Source: Bispira polyomma (lineage: Eukaryota). Taken from it: a stretch of DNA of 64,000 bases. Both the position numbers and the translations under genes were made by a program. The notes beneath the pieces are model-generated. The model was not told the origin of the DNA and made no database searches. It saw only the letters and a program-made list of their open reading frames with translations. Positions 15,001 to 27,000 of the stretch are shown piece after piece. Position 1 is the stretch's first letter. Every line of letters begins with the position of its first letter. Location: assembly GCA_965649765.1 (NCBI GenBank), contig OZ287749.1, positions 24,304,001 through 24,368,000 on the forward strand. The letters are read 5' to 3'.

Positions 15001-18000
15001 AGGGCAGATCCAGGAATAATTTGTTTTCTCTATATTAGACTCTATGCGAGACCTTTGTAAAGTGTCAGATGAGTCTAATAGGTACTGTTATTTCTTTGGA
15101 CCACAATAAATTCTTCTAGTTAAGCAGAAATCTATTTTATATATGGGGCCATATTCACATTTGTAGAACACAAATCTTAGTCTCAACAAATCAAATTTTT
15201 TGAAGCAATATTTTAGGCCAATCGAATTGCTTGAGACAAGAATGTAAGAAAGAATAAAAATCTTTTTCCCAGCTCTACCTACAGAGAGTCTACTACATGT
15301 ATATGTATTGGCTTGTGACTCTATATGCAATCCATAACTTTGATTCATTTCACTTAGCTTACCTTACAACTTCTGACCAAAGTCTCCGCTATTTGTACTT
15401 GGTTTTCGGTAATAGCGATGCCATCGCTGGTACACAGAGACCCCAACAAATCAAAGAAGTAACTCTCCTGAAACAAAAGGGTATCAGGGTAGACATAAAG
15501 ATTTTATTAGTAAAATGAAAAATGATATCACAGTTATAAGTTTTTACTCATGCATTTAGGATAACATTCAATTGAATTATTGTTGCCATGGCAACAGCCT
15601 TAGCAGTTTATTGAGCAAATATAAAGGGCTAATGTCTACACTAGTACTTGCAGTTGTCATGGCAACAATTGTATGACAATACATGAAAAGATAAGTCCAC
15701 TTTTTATTTTAAGGACCTTTCACTAACCAATATCAATGTATTAAAACATAAAAGTGGGTTTGGATAGGAGGGAGACAAAAATTTCCTTCCTGTTTAGTGC
15801 CGATTCGGAACTGTGACGTTTCCTGTGCATGTGCACAAGTAATTCCATGAAATGTCCTTGCCCTTGCTCAGACTGAACATGTGTCTTACCTTGTACAGTG
15901 TCCATATTTTTGTAGAAAGTTGCAAAAAACCAGGGTCCATATTCTTGAAAGTATACCCAGTTTAAACTCAAACTCAACCCATATACAGGCTATGTGGAAA
16001 TCATTGTACATAGAAATAACCTATATTTGTGAACATTCATTTTAATAGAGCTTTCAACACTAAATTTATGTGAAGTCAGATTTTTGATATGTTTACTGTA
16101 TCCAGAGCTTTCAACACTAAATTTATATGAAGTCAGATTTTTGATATGTTTACTATATCCAGAGTTTTAGAGAATCCAGTTTTGAGTTGAGGTATGAGTT
16201 TCAGCTGAATATAAGTTCGGGAATACCAGTCAAGGGTTTTTTAATTGTCCATATATATTTGTGCAATGTTGTCAGAACACACTTAAAGAATATTTACCAA
16301 AATATGTATATATGTCACAAAAATGGCATGCTGTAAAACCTGGTTAACAGAATAAAAATGAGTTAATATTATACACCTGAGCAAAGTGTATTAGAAGAAG
16401 ATTACAGTGTCAGAAGTGTCATACAAGAGGGAGGTCACACAGGCATTAGGATTAAACAAAGATATGATAGCATTGTGATAACTCTATAGCCTAGTGTTCG
16501 GCCAATACAGATATCTCTTATATTGTGTAAACTTATAAAGATTCTTGCCTCCACTGGGATTAGAACCGGGGCTCTTTACATCTTGAGATTAATAGTTTAG
16601 TACACTAACAGTTGAGCTAAAGGGGAAACCCATTAAGCCTGAGTGTTTAATGCCCTGATATACACAGATATTACAATTGGCATTATTGTACCAATATATG
16701 TTATTATTATTATTATTGAAGTATTTGTATAGTGCCCTATTCACATATCATCCTCTAAGGCGCTCATTCTCTGAAGCCCTACCACATAGCCTAGGGTAAT
16801 TTGTCACTAAGCAATGGTATGTTCACATCTTGCCCAAGGATGTTATCCCACCACTGAACCTTGCAACTTCAGCAGGATTTGAACTGGGAACCTTCTGATC
16901 ACCAGACCAACTCTCTAACCACTAAGCCACTGTTAACAGTTACGAATAATCTGGCATCAATTTTTTCAAAAAACTGCAGCTTAAAATTATACTTTACTTA
17001 AATAAAGACAATGTGGAAGTCCTTCTATATGAAAATAGCCTAAACCATCATATGTCATATTGTTCTACTTTAGCCAGGGAAATGGGAATTCCACTTTAAG
17101 CTTGAGTCAGATTTAAGTTTGACATTTTGGGGAAAATACACCCACTGTTTACCTTCTGTTGAGAAAATAACTCAATGATGTCATCCACATGTTGAGGTAA
17201 AATTCTGTCTATGACTGTTCTATTGTTTCTCACAAGCTCCATCATAGTTTGACAGCATAGTCGGCCAACTCCATTCTGAAAAACAACAAATAAAACTACG
17301 AATTTTGTAGAATGCTGCCAGTGATGTTGTAGTAAAACACAGAAATTTTTTTAAAACGGTATAATAGGTACCTGCGATATGCTGGAGTATGACATGGTGT
17401 ATGGGTTAAGGATGTGTAACTGTCAAACTGGCAAGGCATTGTTGCTGGCGATGGCAATTTTTCAAGAAGTATAGAAAAACGTTTACTACCCTTACACTTT
17501 AGAAGGTGAAAAGTTACGAGCATAGAAAAGGCATTTTAGAATTAAACAATAGGTAAATATATATCTTGAAACAGAAAGTGAAACTCATATTTGAGATGAT
17601 AGCACTGCGCACAATAGAAACTGCACATACATTCTGTAAACTATGTGTACTTTTTTTGTGAAACATGGTTGCAAGTAATGAACACATTGTAAAAAAGAAA
17701 AATATACTATAAGACTATATTAATTATTATGCATCTAGTAAAGTTTTAGAGGTAATATAAATACTTAAAGAGTCTTTAGTCTAATTCTAGAAACAAATTT
17801 GAAAATGGGTAAAAGATATTTATTACAATATCACATGCATATTAATTTATATTTGATTTGGTTTGGGTATAATGTCACTTTCAACATGGTTTTTTTAGAG
17901 CTGGAGAAAACCAATGTACACTTTCATTTGGTCAAGGGAAAGCCATGTAACTGTCAACTTTCCCATCTAAAGCTCCAGCCAAGATTTAAACAGGGACCTT

Positions 18001-21000
18001 AGAGGTGGGAGGTGAGTGTGTTATTGTTGCGCCACACCGAAGCCCCTAATATCACTTTATAGGATTCAAGTATATTAAGATACATACATTCAGACAGAGC
18101 TGATGTCTAAATACAGGCAGAAATCTAGCACAGTAAAGCCTGTTGGACACACTGTTGCTGGATGCAATATTGTACAGGACACTGTAAATCTTCTTGAAGG
18201 TCTTTAACACATGGGGTCTGTCCTTGGATGAAATAGGTGAATGGAGGAATTCTAGAAAGGAATCAACCATCTGAAATACAGGGCAATATAGAGAGTGTGA
18301 TAGAATTCATACAAATTCAATTCGATAATACTGCAAAGTTTTATATATTTATATATAGTAAACCCGGATTCAAAATGGCCTTTTTTTAGCAATGTAGGTA
18401 TAAAAATGCTGAGTAGCTTATGAGCCATTATCCACCTTTTTAGCTAGGAATTTAGATTAATTTAGTTCAAATAAACAGTCTAAATAGTCAAAATTACAAT
18501 TGAAAATTGTGAATCAAAATTCCAGTTTGCATGAATTTTGAATTGAAGCAATGGTCACTAATGAAAAATCAAATATCTTAAAAATATTAAATACTGCTGG
18601 ATAATGTCACCAATGTTGTCATCTTATATAACTCACTCTCACATTTAGTGTTCCTTAAGCAAGTCTTAAAATAGTGACATTCTGCAAGATTATGCCACCT
18701 AAAGTGTCCACTTTGTAGTAGATCTAGTCTCACCTTAGTGTGTTTTATGATGTTGTATGTCTCTTTATCGTCCCTTTTATCATCCCTTTTGTCGATCCCT
18801 TTTATCACCCCTTTTATCATTTTTTTTATCATCCCTTTAAAGTAGTCTCACCTTAGTGTGTTTTAAGATGTTGTACTTCTCTTTATCATCCCTTTTATCA
18901 TCCCTTTTCATGGACAGTCTTCTTTGTAGTTCATCAAAAGTCTGAAGTCAAAGAAAAACATCAAACTTAAAATATAAACAGCGGAACACACTCATAAGTA
19001 AAAGCTCTTCTAAGCCAGTATTCATGAAAGATCTAAGACTAATGTTAAAACTTAGGCTTAGTTAGCCCAGTGTTAAATCAAACACTTAGATCTGTCTGCC
19101 TCCACTATGTTTTGGCCTTTAAATGGTATCACAAATGGTGTCTTAACTAAGACTAAAGTCTTAACTTGAAGCCTATTAGACCAGGCAATCACCTTTCGTG
19201 AATACCACCCCCAGGTCTACTCCAGTTATGCAAAGCTGAATTTGTGGTCAAACAAAATCTATTCTAAATACACTGTTAACTGGCCAACTTTCACAAACAT
19301 TCTTACTCTTAGATTTTTGTATCAACCAATCTGATTGGCTTATAAATTATTTCAAATAATCTGATTGGCTGCGATTAAGAAAATTCTAAGAACTGTATTA
19401 TAAGAATTATTTTGAATATATAGCACCTGGAACTGTTGTTTGGTTAAGGTGGAACCTGTTTTAATATTTTGTAATGTAGTGTAGTGTCAGATTATTATTA
19501 TCAGGCGCAGCTGAGGGGTGTCAGGTTTGCCTGAGTATATAGTGGCCATATCATCGCTAGTGAATTTCACACTGTGCACCAGTCCTATGAATTTTAAAAA
19601 AAAATACTCTTGTTTGACCAGACTAGAGCTTTCGGTTATGAAACATGTTCATACCATATAGTAAGGAGTAGCAATAGACAGGATGGCTACTGATCAAGGC
19701 ATTTGCCAACAACATAAAACCTAAATGTTCTGAGGTGAACGGTTACTTAACTCACCCTTGTAATTTTCAGACTTTCAATTGCAGTCAGCAAGTGACCGGC
19801 ATGTTTCTGGAACAAAATGTAAGATGAACTTATGAATTGTTTGAACACAAACAATTATCATATAAAGAAATTATAATTCATTTTAAAAAACTAATTAAAG
19901 ATATTTTATAAACATGTTGCTATTTTTACATTTTAGGAAAACTTAAAAGGTCATTGTTCACTACTCCACATGAGAACATGGAACATGCTTTACTTTTTGT
20001 GTCAGCTCATCTGATTTCTGTGGCTAAAATAGCATTATAATACAAACAAATATACCTGGCCAATTTGGCTTCCGAATCCGCCATCCGAAGTCCGGTCCGA
20101 AAAAATTAAAATATAATAAAATAGAAAAGTATGTTACACCTGTTCTACGGCACCTCAGATTTGGGAGCCGTATTTTAAAAAGCGATCAATGATAGATTTT
20201 TTTTCGGATGATGGACGGGAATATGAAGTAAATTTAATTGATTTTGTGAGGTTGGTGACGTTTTCATGTGGTAAACTAGACAAAATGACCGTTTTTCTGA
20301 TGTAGTGTATCTTCATGTTGGGCCATGGAAACTGATAACGGATTCGGACGCAAAATCAGCCAGGTATATTCACCCCTTAAGGCTGCTCCTTGTTCCAATA
20401 ATAATTTAGATAAAATAGTGTGGGATTAGCCCACTAAATGATTGATAGGAGAAACTCTCCACCAGTATTGGGATATTGTGTTTTAGTGTAGCCTTTTTTT
20501 TATGAGGCAGTAATGATACCACAATATGTAGCAAAATTTTAAAAATTAATAAACAATATACAAGACTACAGAGGGTAGACAAAGTTCCAATATACAACCT
20601 CTATTATTGAAACACCTGAGAGAATAAATAGTCACTCAGATAAAAATGGTGCAAAAATTAGAAGTGTCTTTTTAGTGTAAAACAATAGAAGGACATGCAA
20701 ATATATAATAAATGAAACATTTAAAAAGCGTCAAATTGATGAGAACATTCTCTAAGGCGATGATATCCAAAGAGGGAAGATCCAGGGGGCAAGCAAAAGG
20801 TCATTACCAGCATACACCAAGGGAAGAGTGACTAAGGAGCGGGGTAGGCAAAGTAAGTTTTCAGACAGCTTCTGAAATCTGTGATTTTATCCTGTGATTT
20901 GACAGTGTGTGAGTTTGTTCCATTTAACAGGAGCCGTCTACCAAAGCAGCGCCTACCGATTTTTCTGTTGGTCGTGTTGAGGAAACGGAGAGGCAGTTTC

Positions 21001-24000
21001 CCCGGGAAAGGCTACTAGATTTGATAAGGGAGGACAAATAAGGATGTTGGTTGAGTTTGATAGCTTTGATCACAAGAAGGTTTTTTTTAAAAAAAAATGC
21101 GCTGTTCGACATGTAGCTAGTGGAGTTTGTTTAGGTATGGTGAGACATGTCTAGAGCAGGGGGCCACGAGATGGGCCATGTGTTTGGACAATGTACCTTC
21201 TGACTTAGTGAAATGAGTTAGCAAAACTTGAGAACATATTTGCCAAACATTTATATAATAGAGTTGTAATATTATTATATATTACATTTCTTGTAATATT
21301 ATATATTACATTCCTTACCATGTCTCTGATTTCCCTCATAAATGGAACTAGACCAAACACATAGTTAAACAAATCCACCTCCGACGTGGTCACCTTCTGA
21401 AGTATGAAGGCATCAGGGTATTCCCTCGTTTGGCTTGTCTTCAGCTGAAATATGGATTGATTACAACTAATGCAAAATTATCTGTTACCAGCGCCACAGG
21501 CATGGGCTTTGATTGGAGTTAATGCTATAAACATGTAGAATAAGGAATCTCAAATTCGCCACTGTATCTGAAATTTGCCACCTTAAAAATGTTGTATTTT
21601 GGATAGAATTGTGGGTAATATTTACTAAAATTGAGATTTTTGTAACTATTTTGCCTTACTTAGCTCAAATTCCAGTTTTTTTTGTCAGTTTTTATTGATT
21701 TGGCTGAAATGGTTTGGGTGGCGACTTTCAGATAACAGTAGCCAATTTGAGATTCCTTTCTCTAACTTTGATGTTGGCTATGATGACACTATGATGTTAG
21801 CTATTACAGTAGCAGAAGTCAAAAATAGTGATTTATGGTTAACATTAAACAGGGTTAATAAAATCAAATATTGAAATTCAGATAGTAGATATTCTAGCTA
21901 TTGTGCTTATAACTTGTATTATTTATTGTGAACGTTTATCCAATGTAGGTGTACAATATTTTAGCCAAATTGACAAACTATTTAAAAAATATTATCAAAA
22001 AATACAATATTTTTACCACAAGCATGACATCACAAATTTCTATTTCATTCTTTTGGGGAGACAATTTCATCCCAAGAGAAACTATAATCAGATGTAGGTC
22101 ACTTTTAATTGTATTATACATTTAGTAAAAATTTAGTGATTTTGACCATAATTACCAGCCAAGCAGTTAGTATGCAATCCAGTTCCATCACTTTTAAAAT
22201 AGCAGCTCTTAATAATAAAAACAATGCATTTAACACATGTTTATCTGTAAATTTTAGTTAGTCGTTATAGAGTTAGTCTGATGATCAGAAGGTCCCGAGT
22301 TTGACTCCTGTTAACACTATAATTGGGGGTCATTGGGGGATACTATAACTCCTTTAATTGGGCCAGATGTGAACATATCATTACCAACTGATGAGGACTA
22401 ATTATTGGCTATGTATTAGAATCCTGATTAATAGTTTATTGATTCTGATGTTGTGCTTTAGCATATGCTTAGCATTGGTATGGTGCGTTAAAAATCCACA
22501 ATACAATACAATTTATGGGGTGTTTTTGTCATGTGTACCTGTAAAAGAGTAGCTTGATCATACTGAATTGTTTCCAGAGAGTCTCCTTCAGTATTCAGTT
22601 GTCTTTGGTAAGTAAAATCTGAAAAAGCAAAAGAAACTGCATGAAATACACACAAAACTGTGATTACCATTTTGTTCATTAGTGGCCGTTTTCTCCAAAA
22701 TGTTCATGCTCAACTCAGATAAAAACTCAACTTGTTTCTTCAAATTGGGAAAAGTACTTGCCATTGGTCGGTGGTTTACAGTGTTTTAGCTCTGGTTTCT
22801 TTCACCATTAAAATATCTAGCCGTCGTGATATGGCCTAAGCTCTTGAAAGTGATGTAAAACCCAGCTAAATTTTAAAACATTTATTTAAAATATACCGGT
22901 ATTATTTCGATATTAAAGGAATCAGAGGCCATATTCACAAGCATTCTTAGAATGTAATTCTTAGAATTTTCTTAGTCACAGCCAATCAGATTGCTAGTAA
23001 AAATATTTTCAACCAATGAAATTGTATGAGACAAACATTTTAGAGTAGAAATCTTTGTGAGGCTTCCTTACCTGATGTTCCATTGATCCAAGAGTCCCAA
23101 TGCTGGTGACATATCCTGACTGTACCTTCAAAATGTATGTGTGGAGTTCTTGGTCCATGTAGAAGTGGATAGAACCTGAACAGGGTGCGCTCACTGGCTT
23201 CTGGTACAAACTCTGAACTACCTGAGATAACAATTATTATACAAGCTGAGACGTCAGCAAATTTTATTCTATATAATTAATAGGTTTCTGTGGACTTAGA
23301 AACAAACTTAACTTATTTCAACGTCAATTTAAAAAAAAATAAAACTGTTATTTTAGGGATCTTTATTTTGTCATAGGCTGGATTAAATTATATTTTCCTA
23401 AAAAAATTACTGACTACACAAACATTATTCTGATTAGCTTGCCAATACATTTTTATCTTAGATGATAACTTGTAGTAAATGCACATTATTTGGTTTACGG
23501 TGAGTTTTTGTTATTGTACCATTACACAATATGACTATACTATAATACCTTCTTCATCAAAAGTGAGGTACATCCTTGTTGTAAGATGAAGCAAGTGAAA
23601 TTTGTCTCCCCACTTGAGGCTCTCCCCTAAAAAGCAAAGGTACGATAACATCTTATATCAAACAGCTGTACTATTAAGATCACTTTGTTCTTTTGAAACA
23701 AAACTCTCACTCATTTAAGGACATAGTTTTTGGTGCTCCAGAAAGTCTATCATTTCCATTATCATCAACTACAGAGGAAGCAGGAACTGCTTTTATACTA
23801 TACATATATGTCTTGATTAGTTTTGGAAGGTTTCCTGTCAGTAGCAGGTTGTGTTGGCTCATTCTGGCTTGTTTTGCATTGGTCTCACTTAGTGAACGTT
23901 AGTGAGGTATTTGAGTGGGTATTTGTTATTGTTCAGTATGTCTTCGTTTCTCATTACTGGATATTATTCAAGGTACGTGTCACTTTTGTGGCAGGTCCGT

Positions 24001-27000
24001 CACAGTTTCGAACACGTCTCAACTTCATGGCAGTGGGGATTTTTTGGGGGTTATGGGGATCTAGACATGGACGAAAAGCCACAAACCTGCAACGATAACT
24101 GATGATAGTCCGTCTGAATACGACTGAGCTTTTACATCTAAGTTTTTAATGTAAATTTGTAATTAGAGAGCTTGCCTGATATTGCTGAGTCCCCCCTTAC
24201 AACCTGCCAGTAGGTAGAACAGTTCTTGGGAGGAAGGAAACTTTTCATCTTCATCTCATTCCTCTTACGAACACGTAAATGTGCTGTAATTTTAATAATA
24301 GAAAATACAAATAAACTTACCAAATATGATAAAAAAACAGGCAACAAGTGTTTAAGTTGTTTAAACTTGTCAGCAAAGATCACCATGTTTGTCATTCAAC
24401 TTAAAATCATATTGAATATTCCTTATAATCATAAGCATTTTCTTCCCACACACTGGCCTCTTTCCAATGTGGGTTCATCTTTTTGTCCATTTGTCCTTCA
24501 TGTGAGAAATTTTGTTGGGTACTTAGCAAAGGTCGGTGGTTTACAGTGCTTTATCTTTTTTATTTTTATTGTTCTTTTTTTGTACATGATACAGAAGTCC
24601 CTAGCACAAGAACAATACTGGTACGTATAACATTATAACATCCAAACCAGAATTACTGTATGGCTAGCATTAACTCGCCAAAATGATTTACAAAAACATC
24701 ACCCTTACATTTTTGGAGAAAAACTAGTTCCTCCATCTTCAATTTATCCTTAACTATATGCGGAAAACCATAAAAGGAAACTTTCGACTCATTCTTTTTA
24801 CATTGTTTAATGTAATATTTTCCTATGAGCAGTATATAGTTAACAATGTAGTAATATTTTGGATTGAAGTGAATTAATCCAAATAAGACTTCTAAAACAG
24901 AAAAGTTTACAGATACTGACAAATTTACAAGCAACCATCTCTCAACCTGCTTCCAAAAATAATTTGTGTCATGACAATAGAAGAAAAAATGTTCTAGGTT
25001 ATCTTCGTTTACAATAGCTGCATGTTCGCCAATCTCTAATATTCCACAAAAATAACTTATAGTTACATGTAAAAATTCTATGTAATATTTTGAACTGAAA
25101 GGTTACTAAATATGTGTCCTGAACAATCTTAGTTGGCAGTAGATAAATATTTTTCGAATCTATGACTTCTAAAAAGGGGTAATATTCTACCCATTTGTTT
25201 TTATTTGATTGAATTTTATATACTGATTTAACCAAAAAATTATAGACAACTCTGTTTTTAACACTACTGATATCAGTAATGCATCTTTGAGGAACACTGT
25301 TACCAGAAGTTGAATCAAATGTATTGTTTTTGGAATTTTCTGAACCTTGAATATACTGAGCTTACAATTTTGTTATATTTTATATCACATATGAGTAAGT
25401 TATATCTTCTTTCTAAATCTGTTTTTTTTTACAAAAGTACCATCAACTACAGTGCTTTATCATTGGTTTCTTCTACCAATAAATCTGGCCATCGGGATAC
25501 GACCTAAGCTATTGCAAAGCGATGTCAAACCAACTAAATTCTAAAATCATATTCAAACTAGAAGGACACTAAATAAAGTGCATACCTCTTCCACAAGTCC
25601 CCACAGTCTAAATAGACAAAGAATTGAAACAATTACGAGATCTGAGCGTTAAGCTGGATCCACTCCAAAATTTATTGTATTCTTCTTTGGACCATGGCCC
25701 ATCTCTCCACCAAATTTCATGTAAAATGGTTCAGTATTTTTTTGTGTAATCCTCATGAAAGGAAATGAAATAGGAAATTTATTATAGTGACTTATACAAC
25801 ACAGGGTTGTTTCAAATGCGCTTCCTCATTGGCAACCACTATGGGGCTTGCTTGAGGATGACTATTTATCAATGTCCCCAAGGATCTTTAATCTGCCTCT
25901 GGAGATTAGTACTCAGTGACAAAGGAATGCCATTTTAAGTGGTCATCCGAGCCACTAGGCAAACTTGTGTTCACATTTTGCCCAAGGATGTTATCCCACC
26001 AAATAAAACTAGCGGCCGATACCCAGAATAGAACAGGGGACCTTCTGATCATAAGACCAACACCCTAACCACTGGACCACAGGGGACAAATGAACCAACA
26101 GCAGTCACCGATGTCGGCTGATGTAGCGCTTCTTTTGATCCAATATGTACTATATCTTTTAATATATATTTATTTTCTTTTTTTATAATCTTTGTTTAAA
26201 AATCGGACCTACCTCCCAATTTTTTCGCTCCCTGACCTATACATTTTAAAGGTGTAACAGACATCCGCTGACATCTGATCTGAGGGAAATATGTTGAATG
26301 AAAGCACTTGGTAGTATTATGTAACGACCGGTAACATCAGCCGATGTGAGCCAACGTCGGCCGAGAAAAACATGCTGAAAGGGAGCTCAGGCTAAATTGG
26401 TTAAAAACAAATATTCAGAGAATAGAGGTTTAAATGATGGAGGTTTAACTCATTCTTTACTGTAGTTGTATATTATAGCACATTAAAAAAATCTGTCTTA
26501 AAAAAAGTGAGTAACATGGTGGATAAGGAACACAGAGGACCTGTGTTCAGCCTGGGGTGACAAGGTACTGAGGTAGATGCATAGTAACTTGGATGACCAC
26601 TCGACAGTCCTCTGTCATTGGGTTATATTTCCAGGGGGGCAGACTAAAGAACCTTGGGGAAGCTGATAAATGGTCATCATCAACAAATATTCAGTTAGGT
26701 GAATGACAGTTACCGGTGCTGGTTGGTGCAGTCAAGACAAGGTTAACTAGCCCTTTGAATTCAAGATAAAGGTAGATAAATATGCTAAATATATATTTCA
26801 ACACATGATGCATTGGAAATACACATATGTTAATTTATTATTATAAACCCCTATTATTCAAACTTCTATTATCATATTATTTTTATAACTTGACAAATTT
26901 ATGTTTTCCTATTGTTTCAGGCTAAAAATGTGTCTTCTCTTTCATGAACCTTTAACTTTATCAGAACAAAAATTCTTATTCTCCCAACACGTTCAGATAA

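Noticed and set aside
13894-15019. Repetitive ORFs (NGLDMSLGRIHYIF)n
   Set aside because: 42-bp satellite with frameshifting 41-bp units
15890-15943. Possible in-frame 54-nt cassette exon (NMDPGFLQLSTKIWTLYK; AAG acceptor, AAG|GTAAGA donor)
   Set aside because: Exons 17 and 18 already join without a gap in the RIH alignment and the acceptor is weak; cannot be excluded without RNA data
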